A DNA stretch of 37,146 bases from Craspedostauros australis (taxonomy: Eukaryota): the NCBI GenBank assembly GCA_030167865.1, contig JALAGF010004934.1, positions 1 through 37,146 of the forward strand, written 5' to 3'. The translations under genes were made by a program, and so were the position numbers. Below, piece after piece: positions 9,300 to 19,699 of the stretch. Positions within the stretch are counted from its first letter, which is position 1; the number at the start of each line of letters is the position of its first letter. The notes under the pieces were generated by a model. That model saw nothing but the letters and a program-made list of their open reading frames with translations, ran no database searches and was not told the DNA's origin.

Positions 9300-10778
9300 A
9301 TGACAGACACCCGCGAGAGCATAGCAGACACTTCCACGTTCATATCAGATATGACGGAGACAGTGATGAAAGATCCAACGATGGCAGACATGACAGAGAT
9401 GCACTCCTCCAGACCTGATCTGGTGCTGCTGGAAGGCACAGGCAGCGACCATGACGGCATCCCAAGGCCCGTGGCTCGCCATCCTTCCATCGCGGCCGTG
9501 GCAGTCGCTGCGGCGTCGGCCGCTGTCCACAGAAAGCACAACCGTCCCTCCATCTTCACGTCCTCCGTTTGGCAGGAGCTCAACGAGCTCGATCTCGAGC
9601 AGGAGGAGCTGGAGGATGATGGCTTGCAGCGCGATCAGATACCTCGCAATGGAACACGAACGTCCATAGACCGCAGACGCAGTGATCGTTACGAGTATGA
9701 TGATGATGATGATGATCTGCAGGAGGCGAAGCATGAATCTCCAGCAGCTGTCGAAGAACCATCAGGAACATCCATGAACCATGTTGGAACGAATGAGAAT
9801 GGAGATGGTTTTAGAATTGCCCCATCAGCCTCCTCACGATTCGGGCTTGGCGTCGCTGGTGCCGCATCTGCCGACGAGTTTGATCAGGAGGAGGATGACG
9901 ATGATACCGATGATGGCGATGACGATGCCATGCAGATGCGAGACTTCTCGGGCCTGTACTCCAATGCCAAACCATCGAACCAAAGGAGAGCGCCCCGCTC
10001 GTTCAGCATCCAAAGCATCGTCTCGGAAGTCACCCTGCCTCCGGAACTGGCCTTTTCCTTTCGCAACATGTCCGTCAGGGTTCCTAAAATTGTCGACGAC
10101 GTCAGCCCAGGTCTATGGTCAGCCGCAAGCACGAACATCACCCTCGATACGAATCTGAGCGAGTATGATGAAAGCGATGACGATACAAGCGATGACGATA
10201 CAAGCGATGACGATACAAGCGATGACGATACAAGCGATGACGATGACGCAATGGACATTCACACCAAACCTCGATCAGCGCATCTGGCACCACTGGCATG
10301 CCCTCCACCACTGCCGTTGCCATCACCCTTCAGCCGCTGGTCCTGCCCATCCAAGATACCATCATCGGAGGACGCAACGCCCCTCAAACATCTGGGACGT
10401 CCCGAAATGCCGGTGCGTCAGCGCACGGTGGGCAGCACAGCGACGCCAGCGGACACGTCAGAGATGCAACCACCGACACGGCCGGGATGGACACCGCTCT
10501 TCAACACTGCACTGGGACCACTCAAGATGCCGCAACGCCAACGAACGGAGGGTCCCCTCAGTGAAGCGCTGCCGGAAGATAACGAAGAGACGCCAACACC
10601 CAAGGACGACTGCCCGCTGAGCAAAGCACCACCGGTCGAAGAGTCGACCGCCGACATGCCTGTCGCGGCTGCTGCGCCGCACAGATCTTCCTGCCCCGAG
10701 TATCCACCCATCATGCCGAGACGGCGACAATCTGCTGCCATCGCCATGCTCGTGGGACACAGCGCCATCGAGACGTGA
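9300..10778 (+). CDS. Hypothetical acidic, intrinsically disordered protein (492 aa)
   Basis: Long ATG-initiated ORF with Asp-rich tracts, a Pro-rich C-half, and a thrice-repeated MPxRQ/R motif. Confidence 0.75.
   Translation: MTDTRESIADTSTFISDMTETVMKDPTMADMTEMHSSRPDLVLLEGTGSDHDGIPRPVARHPSIAAVAVAAASAAVHRKHNRPSIFTSSVWQELNELDLEQEELEDDGLQRDQIPRNGTRTSIDRRRSDRYEYDDDDDDLQEAKHESPAAVEEPSGTSMNHVGTNENGDGFRIAPSASSRFGLGVAGAASADEFDQEEDDDDTDDGDDDAMQMRDFSGLYSNAKPSNQRRAPRSFSIQSIVSEVTLPPELAFSFRNMSVRVPKIVDDVSPGLWSAASTNITLDTNLSEYDESDDDTSDDDTSDDDTSDDDTSDDDDAMDIHTKPRSAHLAPLACPPPLPLPSPFSRWSCPSKIPSSEDATPLKHLGRPEMPVRQRTVGSTATPADTSEMQPPTRPGWTPLFNTALGPLKMPQRQRTEGPLSEALPEDNEETPTPKDDCPLSKAPPVEESTADMPVAAAAPHRSSCPEYPPIMPRRRQSAAIAMLVGHSAIET
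10172..10244 (+). repeat. Perfect 15-nt coding minisatellite (AAGCGATGACGATAC), about 4.9 copies, encoding (SDDDT)n
   Basis: Units start at 10172, 10187, 10202 and 10217, with a partial copy at 10232. Confidence 0.95.
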
Positions 10779-11212
10779 GGCCGAAATCATGCAACCGGGG
10801 CATGCGCATGCCATTAGATTTTGCTGAGAGTGATTCTCATGCTCCGCAGTTTCCCAATACATACGTACATAGATACACTCCACACGGGTGCCATGCTCGT
10901 ACAAGACAGGCACAAGACAAGGATACCAATACTCATTTTGAACCGCTGCCGGAACAATCAACGGATCCAACACTCTAAAACATTAGACATCAAGGCAATC
11001 GACACAACGTCTTCCTCAATGCCGATCCAACGAGAACACACGATAGAATTGCCAAGGAGCTTAGTAAGAATACATGAATCATTCCTACTCTGCACATTTA
11101 TCCACATCCCGCTGTCCATCATTCGTGCACTCGAGCTCCACAAGGACACGTACGAGTATCGTGCCACTACCTGCCACTTCCAATCAATCATCAACTGTTG
11201 CGTAGACTCGAA

Positions 11213-14200
11213 CTAAACACTGAAATTGGCCGCCACTATGGACAGCAGCACTGCCGCCACGGCCGCCGCTGACATCACCCCCAACACTGCCGTCTTCGAG
11301 TCACGCTTTTGCAAGCCTGCTCCTGGGAACACGGCGTCGGCCAATGCGAGCATCGCCATCAGCACCTGCTTCAAAACTGGTGGGAATCCCTGAAGATTAC
11401 TTCCACCACCGCTGCTGCTGTTGCTGCTGGTGCCGTTCATGCTCAGACCCCTGCTGCCGGTGCTGACGCCGCACTGCACAGCGAGCGCCGATCTGCAGTA
11501 CTGGTCGCGATGCAATTGTGCGTTTTCATACACCTCGTCCAGCGAGATGGTATGATCGCAGGCCCAACCCAGCGGACTGGGTTCTTCGTCGAAGTTGTCA
11601 AAGTCACGCTGCGAACCTTGCTTGTGAATGGCAACCCGGCTGGGCCCGGAAAGGAACAGAATTGTATCGCCACCGTCGTCGCTGCTGCGTTTGTTCGCAG
11701 TGATCTTCGCCATGATGTCGACGGAGCTCGGTTTCGTCATGTGAGCCGTGGATGCGTACATGCTATCCGAAACCTCGCTGAATTGCGAAAAGGTCGCATC
11801 GGGATGCTCCGGGATCCGCACCACGTAGGTCGCTAGGCTCGTCGTGAATGTGTGCGGGACGACGCTCATCGCCTTGCTCACATTCGTCTTCGTTGGCGAC
11901 ATCGGTGTTCTGCTCACGGATCGAGGTGCGGCCTTGACCTTGACCTTGGTGGGGGACTGGCGGCGGATGGAATCGATCGTCTTGGTGAGGACGGCCAGCT
12001 TCCTAGACACGCCCTCGTCCTTGGCCTGCGACTTGCTGCGGAACTCTTGGTACGCCTGCTTCAGTTTCTGATTCTCCTGCTGCAACGTGCTCATGGAGGC
12101 CTTCAGATCGGTGTACTTCTCCGTCGAGCGTTGCTCCCTGTGCTTCGTGCTCACGAGCTGTCGGGAGAGTTCTTTGATCACCTTCGCGGCGCGTTTGTTG
12201 CGAGACTTGAGAATATCAGGATCTTCCGTCAGCGTCAACGTCGTCGCGGTGCTGTTCAGAGATGTGTTCAATCCACCGACGGCACGATCAGCGACATTCG
12301 ACATCCCCTCCTCGCTGCCCTCACCCTGCGCCTGTGCACGCTGCGGGGATTCGTTGCGCCCATCTTGCTCGTCTTGCTCTTCGTCTCGCTCCTCCGAACC
12401 GTGCTGTTGTCGGTGAGTACGTTGTCGTTGCTGCGGCTGGTGTTTCTGCTGCTGTCTCAATTCCGAGATCGTCCTTTGCAGGGCCTGCAGCTCGTTGTCC
12501 TTGCCCATGTTCTGGCTTTGCGAAGCACTCAGCTGCTTCTGAACTTCGCTCAGCTGCGTTTTCAAGCTCGATACCTTCCTATCATCTTCATGCGTCGCCT
12601 CCAGTTCCGCAACGCGGATCATCGCCGTCGACTTTTCGCACTGCAACAGCTTCATCTCCATCCGCGTCTTCTCAAGCTGCGATGCCAGGCCGGCCTTCTC
12701 CCCATCAGCGGCACCGATAGTCTCCTCCAGCTCAGCCTTTTGTTTTTGGAGCGCGAGGATCTCTTCCGTCGATTGCGACATTCCCAGTTCAGCCTTGATC
12801 ACGGAACCCTCCAGCTCCTCCACACGCGCGCGCAACGGTGCGTTCTCCTTGTCCTGCAGATGGATGATTTTTTCATTGGCCTTTTCGAGAAGTTCCACCG
12901 TCTGTGCTTCTTTCTCTTGCGTGCTCATCAGCATGCCCTGCAGTTCTTGGTTCTCCTTCTGCAGAGTTTCCAGCACGTGCGTGGGTGTTTTGGACGCTTT
13001 TGGGAGAGATCGCAGCTGTGGCGAAGAATCGGAGATTTGATGGATGATGCCTTCCAGAGAATCCTTCTCTGCTTGAAGGGATTTCACCTCCTCCTGGAGC
13101 TGCTCGATCGAAGCGGCTTGCTGCGCCATCGGTGCAACTTTTGCCATGGATTCGGCCAGCTGGGATTCCAGAGATGCGACTTTCTCATCGCTCTCGTGGC
13201 GTTGCTTCTCCTGATCGGAACGTAGCCCTTCGATAGTGCGCTTCGATTGCTCCAAGTCCTGCTGCGCGGCTTCCAGCTTCGAGTTAGCAACGCTGATGTC
13301 TTCCTGCAGGGCCGTGCGTGCAGCTGCCCACTCCTTCTGCTGCTCCGCCAGCTTCATCGTGGTTTGCTGCAACGATGCTTGGGATACCTCGTTTTGCTGC
13401 GTCGTCTCCAGTTGGGCCACGCGAGCCTGCGATCCTTCCAATCCCGTTCGCAGCTCCTTCATCTCCGCTTCCTGCTCATCCAACCGTTTCTGCAGACTAG
13501 CGTTGCGATGTTGCAGCGACAGGATCGTGTCGTTGGACGCCTTCAGTGCGCTTTCGAGCTCGTCCAGCTGACTCTGCACGTTCTGCATCTCGTCGCGGAC
13601 GGCGTCGCGTTCGGCGGTCATCTTTTTGGCCGCAGCGTCAGCATCGACACGTGCCTGCTGGATGATGCGCAACTGCGTGGTCGATCCAGCCAGCTGCTCG
13701 TGCAACTGTCCCTGCTCTGCCAGCGTCTGATCCAAATCGCGCTGCAAGGCGTGGCATTTGCGTTGCAGGGCGTTGTCGGGTCCCATCCCGCGAGACTCCT
13801 CGAGCTGCTCTTGCAGTTTGGCCACGTACGCAGCCGACTCGCGCTGTTTGGCCTCGAAACCGGAGACCTGGAGCTGGTAGTCGCGTTGCAGCTGCTCCAA
13901 TTGGGCTTCGTACTTGAGCAGGATGTTGTCGCCGTGGAGGCTTCCCGCGGCGCTGTTCGCGGAGCTCATTCGTGCCGTCGCATTGCCATCACCATTCGTC
14001 GCAGCCGTGGCCTGATCATTATCATTATCATCATCATCGTCATTGTCTTCGTGAACTCTGCTGCGATTGCGATCCTCCTCGCTGTCCGTGCTGCCGATGT
14101 TGCGCAGCAGGTCCTGAATATCTGTGAGTCTGGGCGACATGGTCGATGTGCGTTTCGCTTCGAGATGCTTGGCGACTTCGATCTCGAGCTCCTTCTTTTG

Positions 14201-16570
14201 CTGTTCGAGGATCGCCTTGTCGGTTTGCAAAAAGTCGAGGTTGCGTTGCAGCCGCGTCATTTCGTCCTCCTGCTTCTGGCACGTCGCCTGGAATCGTCGC
14301 AGGCTCTCGAGGAGTTCATCGTGCGACAGCTGATGACGCGATGGCTGGACCCTGGACAGTTCTTCCCTGCTGATACGTTGCGGTGAATGGATGCTGCTGC
14401 CATCCACCGCGACACTGCGCTTGGCCACGCTGCCATCATTCTCAATGTAGGTGCTGTCGGCGTCATCGTAACTGCCGTAGCTGACGTAGCTCCCGCCCGC
14501 AATGGAGCGTTGGGTGCGTTCCTGACGCTGGCAAATCTCTAGCTGCGCCTGTATCTGCTTGACGACGATGTGTGATTTGCCCAAGATCCTGGATTCGATG
14601 ACGAGGCTCTGCGCGTAGGCTTGCATGGCTGGCAGCCACTGCTTCTTCTGCTGCAACGCGTTGCCTTGCAGTTCGAATTGCACGGAATCGATACAGAGGT
14701 GATCCTGATACTGATGCTTGAGAGAGTGGTAGGCCGATTTGAGTTTGGTGGGCGAAGACGGCGAATTTCTGGAGGCTCTGGTCGATGGTGGTGGTGGATG
14801 CAGGGGCAACACCTTGCGCAGGAGATCGATGCATGCTGCGACCGTGGAATGCTTGGGACCCAGCTCGTGCATGTAGGTCTTGAGCGCCGATCTGTAGAGC
14901 AGGAGGGATGTGGGATTCTCTCCGGTGCCTTCGGCGTCGACGTCCTTGTTGCCGGCGTGGTAGTACTTGTGCGCCAGGGCCAGCTTCTGTTCCAGCTCGG
15001 CAATGTCAGTGGCCACGACGCCGCGCACCCCGCGATCGAGGTCGATGGCTTTCTCGAGACATGCGATTGCCTGCTTGGCAATGTCCTGGATGTCCGTGCT
15101 GTTCTCGTGATGCTGGCTGCCTTCGTTGAGGTGGCTGAGGTTGCTGAGCGTGGTGAGTGCCTTGTCCGCCTGCAGCTGTACGTGGGAGGATTGCAGCAAT
15201 GCCTGGTGGTAGCGCGCGATCTCTAGCTTTGAGAATTCCATCTCGTTGAGGATCCAGGAGACCGCTGTCTTGGCCTCCTGCGTTGAGGCATGGTCCTCGC
15301 CGAGCAGACGCAATCGTATCTGCGTGGTCTTGCGGAAGTTGATGAGGGCCAGCCTCCACTTCCGCTGATGCTTTCGGATGAAGCCGACCCAGTAGTAGGT
15401 CTTGGCGGTGAGGATGTGATTTCGGCCCAGCACGCTCTGCAGCAATCCCAACGCCGTTTGGAATCGTTCCAAGGCTGCCTCCTTTTCCCCGGACGCCCAC
15501 AGTTCCCGTCCCTTGGCGCAGTAGCGCGATGCCACTTCGAGCTTTTGTTCTGCATTTTTGGGAATGGGTGTGGAGGGTGACTTTGCGATCGCAGACGAAC
15601 CAGCCGTGGGTCGATCCGGCGTATGAACTGCGTCGGCGTTGGTATCAGGGTTGGCATTGTCAGGAGGGCTGATGGCGTTGCCGTTGCCGTTGCTGTTGGC
15701 GGCTGGCCTGTCTCCCGCAGAATTCGCACTGTTGCTGGGCGTTGCTGGCGCAGCAGCGTCTCTTTCCGCATCCCGCGACGGTGTCAATTGGGAATCCCTG
15801 TCCTGCGAGTTGCGAGCGTTTGTGTGCATGTCCTGATCTGTGGTTTGAGATTCCGATTGATCAACGTCACTGGCTGGTTCTGGTTCGACGGGGTTGGGAT
15901 CTAGAAGGCTATTGGTCTCGTCTTTGCGTCGCGTGGATTTCTGGTTGCTGCGGTTGCTGCTCACGCTGTGGATGTCATTGTCATTGTCGTTGTCATTGTC
16001 GTTGTCATTGTCGTGGTGGTGGTTGTCATGATCAACGTCATTCTCGCTCTGGCTGCGGATGCCACGAATGTTGGCGTTGGAATTGTGGTCGTCATCGTTG
16101 AAGCTGCTGCCAAAGGATGCTCTGCTGAGCCTGAGACCACGGCGCTCACTTTTCCTGCTCCTGTCCGACCTTCCGCCCTTGCTGTCCCCGCTGACGCTTC
16201 CGTTGGCGCTCTTGCTGCGGTCATTTCGCTTGCGGGACAGCATCTGCCGCAGTCCCGTCCTCTGCTTTCCGCCCGTGCTTCTGCCTCTGCTCGCATTTGT
16301 GCTTGCATTTGAATTGGCAGTTGAGGCATCGCTTGTGTTTGTGTTTGCGTTTGCATTTGCGTTTGCATTGGCAGTTGAGGCTGTGTTTGCGTTTGTAGCG
16401 GCAGTCGCCTTATTGCCTGAATTGAAGGAGTTCCCTTTGAGGGGCGGATTGAGGGAGAGACCTGCTTGCGAGATCCTGTTGACTGCAGGTGGAGGAGAGG
16501 CACCAGGAGATTGCAATGAGCCAGAATTGCGCTTCCTGCGCTGGAACAGTCGCTTGCCAGCAGAGTTCAT
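11213..16570 (-). CDS. 1785-aa protein: disordered N-terminus, kinesin-light-chain-like TPR repeats, long coiled coil, C-terminal hydrophobic tail anchor
   Basis: TPR-like segments ALERFQTALGLLQSVLGRNHILTAKTYY, TTQIRLRLLGEDHASTQ, ALKTYMHELGPKHSTVA and SLVIESRILGKSHIVV. Heptad-rich Q/E/L/K region spanning roughly aa 750-1540. Ends TAVLGVMSAAAVAAVLLSIVAANFSV*. Confidence 0.88.
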   Translation of the reverse strand: MNSAGKRLFQRRKRNSGSLQSPGASPPPAVNRISQAGLSLNPPLKGNSFNSGNKATAATNANTASTANANANANANTNTSDASTANSNASTNASRGRSTGGKQRTGLRQMLSRKRNDRSKSANGSVSGDSKGGRSDRSRKSERRGLRLSRASFGSSFNDDDHNSNANIRGIRSQSENDVDHDNHHHDNDNDNDNDNDNDIHSVSSNRSNQKSTRRKDETNSLLDPNPVEPEPASDVDQSESQTTDQDMHTNARNSQDRDSQLTPSRDAERDAAAPATPSNSANSAGDRPAANSNGNGNAISPPDNANPDTNADAVHTPDRPTAGSSAIAKSPSTPIPKNAEQKLEVASRYCAKGRELWASGEKEAALERFQTALGLLQSVLGRNHILTAKTYYWVGFIRKHQRKWRLALINFRKTTQIRLRLLGEDHASTQEAKTAVSWILNEMEFSKLEIARYHQALLQSSHVQLQADKALTTLSNLSHLNEGSQHHENSTDIQDIAKQAIACLEKAIDLDRGVRGVVATDIAELEQKLALAHKYYHAGNKDVDAEGTGENPTSLLLYRSALKTYMHELGPKHSTVAACIDLLRKVLPLHPPPPSTRASRNSPSSPTKLKSAYHSLKHQYQDHLCIDSVQFELQGNALQQKKQWLPAMQAYAQSLVIESRILGKSHIVVKQIQAQLEICQRQERTQRSIAGGSYVSYGSYDDADSTYIENDGSVAKRSVAVDGSSIHSPQRISREELSRVQPSRHQLSHDELLESLRRFQATCQKQEDEMTRLQRNLDFLQTDKAILEQQKKELEIEVAKHLEAKRTSTMSPRLTDIQDLLRNIGSTDSEEDRNRSRVHEDNDDDDDNDNDQATAATNGDGNATARMSSANSAAGSLHGDNILLKYEAQLEQLQRDYQLQVSGFEAKQRESAAYVAKLQEQLEESRGMGPDNALQRKCHALQRDLDQTLAEQGQLHEQLAGSTTQLRIIQQARVDADAAAKKMTAERDAVRDEMQNVQSQLDELESALKASNDTILSLQHRNASLQKRLDEQEAEMKELRTGLEGSQARVAQLETTQQNEVSQASLQQTTMKLAEQQKEWAAARTALQEDISVANSKLEAAQQDLEQSKRTIEGLRSDQEKQRHESDEKVASLESQLAESMAKVAPMAQQAASIEQLQEEVKSLQAEKDSLEGIIHQISDSSPQLRSLPKASKTPTHVLETLQKENQELQGMLMSTQEKEAQTVELLEKANEKIIHLQDKENAPLRARVEELEGSVIKAELGMSQSTEEILALQKQKAELEETIGAADGEKAGLASQLEKTRMEMKLLQCEKSTAMIRVAELEATHEDDRKVSSLKTQLSEVQKQLSASQSQNMGKDNELQALQRTISELRQQQKHQPQQRQRTHRQQHGSEERDEEQDEQDGRNESPQRAQAQGEGSEEGMSNVADRAVGGLNTSLNSTATTLTLTEDPDILKSRNKRAAKVIKELSRQLVSTKHREQRSTEKYTDLKASMSTLQQENQKLKQAYQEFRSKSQAKDEGVSRKLAVLTKTIDSIRRQSPTKVKVKAAPRSVSRTPMSPTKTNVSKAMSVVPHTFTTSLATYVVRIPEHPDATFSQFSEVSDSMYASTAHMTKPSSVDIMAKITANKRSSDDGGDTILFLSGPSRVAIHKQGSQRDFDNFDEEPSPLGWACDHTISLDEVYENAQLHRDQYCRSALAVQCGVSTGSRGLSMNGTSSNSSSGGGSNLQGFPPVLKQVLMAMLALADAVFPGAGLQKRDSKTAVLGVMSAAAVAAVLLSIVAANFSV
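15974..16012 (-). repeat. Hexanucleotide coding repeat encoding (DN)n
   Basis: (GTCATT/GTCGTT)n on the + strand; protein DNDNDNDNDNDND. Confidence 0.8.
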
Positions 16571-18751
16571 GACGTTGTCTGTTGCTCTATCGTATATCCT
16601 TTCGTGGAGATTGCTTGGCTGAGTCCTTGGATGGTACTAGTCCTATTATATCTGCGTGTGAGAGTCTGGTTGCCCGTGAATGGCGAGAATCCTTTTGTTG
16701 TGTGCTGCGGCGAATCGGCTGATGTCAATTGGGGTGGAGCGATGGTCGAGAAGGGCGGTATAGCTGCTGCTTCTTCTGTGACGATCTGTTCGATCTATGC
16801 GAGCTGTTATATGTCTAACGTATTGCTCTGGTTCTCGTGACAATACACGATGCACGATGCACGATACGCTGACAAGCAGAAAGATGGCCGATGTTGGCCT
16901 TCTCTTGTCTCCTTCGATGGTTCTCCTGCTCCTCAGGCTGCCCTCAGCCTCTCCTCCCTTGGCTTGCTTCCACTCCACGAATGTTGGTGATTGGTTGTTG
17001 CGGAAGCTCTGGAGTTGTCACCCTTGTCACCCTTGTCTCTACTTCGCTGTTGTGGGGTGTGTCTCGGGGGTTGTTGGCTTTCTTGGTCGTTTGTGTTGTT
17101 GTGGTGGTGTTGTCTGCTGTTGTCTCTTGTTTCTTGGTGTTCTGTGATGGATGGTGTTCTTGTCTTGTTGTGTTCTGGTGTTCTCTGCTGTCGTGCTGGT
17201 GTGCTGGTGTGCTGTACCTCCTACGACTACTGAATCCGCGTTGCTTCCTTCTGCCTCTCCACTCCTTTGTGTGTTTGAATCAAAGACGCCCCTCTCCCTT
17301 GTGCCTTCTTCTGTGTCATGCCATGTCTCTTGGTGCGTCACGACGGCCGCATCTTCGTGACTCGTGTCGGGAGCCAGCCAAAAAATTATCCAAATCTATC
17401 CAATTGAATATTATGATGTCGTACTTCATGTCGCATTGTGACACAAAAGACTGTTCCCACATGGCTCATTCCCGATTCCGTTGTTGCTCGTTTCAAATCA
17501 ACCAAGCGCCCTGGCGTGATAATTTGTGCCACCGTCCGGCTTGGCGTGACTGTCCAACGGACAGGTTCTCCTGTTTCAAAACCACCGTCCGTCTGTTCGT
17601 TGCTGTCGGACGTTTTACATGCCGAGTCATGGATAGTGTTCCTCATGTGGAATCAGTCGTGAAAAGACCCATTCTTCTGACACGCATCCAACCAACTTCC
17701 ACGCCATTTGGCTGACATCAGCCTTCTGCGTTGACGCGCATGGACACGAATGATTCCAAGTGCCCCATCTGTTCGTGGATCGCGTGACATCCACACCGCA
17801 ACGAAGTACAGCGAAGGGCGCTGAAGTGCAGCCACCGAATCTTTCGGCCTCTTTCTCTTTCTCTGGTTTCCGTTTGGAATTCGCAGCCGACGTTCTTGCT
17901 ATGTGCGGTTGTGGAGAACTTGGGTGGGAACAAGTGCCGTTCTCACGCAGTTCCTATGATGACGCAGCGCATGTGGTCGCCAGTACCGGAGATTGTGCAG
18001 GTGGAGACATTTCGCCCTTGTTGGTCTCACCGCTCCAGAACAAACCAATGACACCCACAACGACGCTGTTGAAATCACAGCGCAAAGCGTGATCTTAGTT
18101 TCATCCGCTTCGTGGTTGGAGATCGCACCAGACACAACACGTACCCCTCTACTAGCTTACCTACCAAGGCAATTTTGCACATCCTCGTGGCGCGAATTGC
18201 ACTTTCTGTATCCCAGCGAGATGACACGAGCCAAACAGCGACATCACGTGACGTAGCGCTGACACAGACAACACGAAACGACACGACAAAAACATAAGAA
18301 AGGCGCTTCCATTGGCCATTTTCTTGCCTCCGAAACAATCACCGCGCCCTTGACATCCCATAATCTCCAAAGAGAAACTCTTGATTCGCATCACACAACT
18401 CCTCGTTCGCCCCAAACGTGACAGATGCATCCTTGACAGATCCAACGAATTCAACAACCTCTGCAACACCCAACCACAGCTTACCATACCTTACTCCTAC
18501 TGTCAATAAGATCAGAACCGAAGCCTTCAGATCATCCAGGCTGCAACTTCATTCATTGACACCTTCGTCACATCAGCAATTGCATTTGTATCCACATTCA
18601 CGAGCCACCGTCCGAGCACAATTGCAACCGCCGTCCTACACTCCAGACTTTTAGTACAGTACCATACCCTACGACCACACTTAACAGCCTTCTCAATTGC
18701 ATTCTCAGTTGCATTCTCTACCAGGCCACAACACATCAGCCACTTCGCATC

Positions 18752-19699
18752 ATGGATGTCCCCACTCACAACAAGCTCCGTTCACACGATCGTTCGTCCA
18801 AGTACAACCGCAAACGCAGCAGCAACAGTTGCAACAGTAGCAGCAACAACAGAAACAGAACCCTTCTCTCCTCTCGGCAGAGATCCATCTCCTCACAATC
18901 TTTCCACCCGATGCCGATGAACATCAACTCCTCCTCCTCCTTGCGAGCGATTGTGCCCATCACAGCCGCAACGCGAAGCACACGAGCAACATCAACCACA
19001 CCATCAACTACTTCAGCCGCAGCTGTTCCCACAAAACCATCGCTGCTCCTGTTGCCAGCCGTCGTGTCATCTTCCTCTCTGCCAGGCACCGCACACGCCA
19101 AACCAACCAACTCGCACATGTCCTTCCCCTTCCCTTCATCCTCGACAATGGCAGCATCATCCACTTCGATGCACAGATCCAGATCGTCCGCATTGCAATT
19201 GCGGGGCAAGAGGAACGAGACCATGTCCCTCGTGGATGTGCGACCACAGATCAAGCGAAGGCGACTCTCTTCGCTTTCCGCCTCGCCCGATCTCGTGGCC
19301 TCCCTCCTCCTCAGCCTCTCCTCTGCCAAGGTCGATCAGCAATCGCGACGTCCAATGCACAAGAAGCGGCCCTTGCACAGCACAAGTATCGCCACCACTG
19401 CTACCAACCATCATGACGCCAACGCCGTCTCGGATGATGAGGACTCTTCGTTTGCGTCTCTCGGTGATGTCCAAAGCGAACAAACGCAACCAACACAGCG
19501 CAACGGTTCCAAGCAATCGCCTGCCAGAACTCAGCTCAAGCCCTTGCTGCCACCGATCCCGCGATCTTCCATTCCAACACTCAAGACCGTCAACGTGCAG
19601 CGACGCCGCAGACCGCAGCCTGGATGTCCCATGCCATTCGCGCCGTTGCTTCCCTTCGTCCCATCTGGCACAATCGTGTCACGCGCCGTCCGAAGATGA
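18752..19699 (+). CDS. Hypothetical disordered Ser-rich protein, paralog A of the VSDDE / Pro-box family (start codon uncertain)
   Basis: 315-aa ORF containing IKRRR (NLS-like), LVASLLLSLS, AVSDDEDSS and C-terminal PGCPMPFAPLLPFVPSGTIV. Confidence 0.7.
   Translation: MDVPTHNKLRSHDRSSKYNRKRSSNSCNSSSNNRNRTLLSSRQRSISSQSFHPMPMNINSSSSLRAIVPITAATRSTRATSTTPSTTSAAAVPTKPSLLLLPAVVSSSSLPGTAHAKPTNSHMSFPFPSSSTMAASSTSMHRSRSSALQLRGKRNETMSLVDVRPQIKRRRLSSLSASPDLVASLLLSLSSAKVDQQSRRPMHKKRPLHSTSIATTATNHHDANAVSDDEDSSFASLGDVQSEQTQPTQRNGSKQSPARTQLKPLLPPIPRSSIPTLKTVNVQRRRRPQPGCPMPFAPLLPFVPSGTIVSRAVRR

Noticed and set aside
10172-10244. Regular repeats as a possible CRISPR array (also 1765-2160 and 8477-8533)
   Set aside because: Head-to-tail repeats without unique spacers, no cas genes, and a eukaryotic context.
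11309-16622. Many long + strand ORFs (e.g. 11852-13225, 13247-14386)
   Set aside because: Antisense shadows of the 1785-aa coiled-coil gene caused by codon bias; no motifs.
16891-17715. 274-aa hydrophobic Cys/Val/Leu-rich ORF resembling a membrane protein
   Set aside because: Non-ATG start; composition is explained by the GT-rich complement of the CA-rich leader upstream of the TPR gene.
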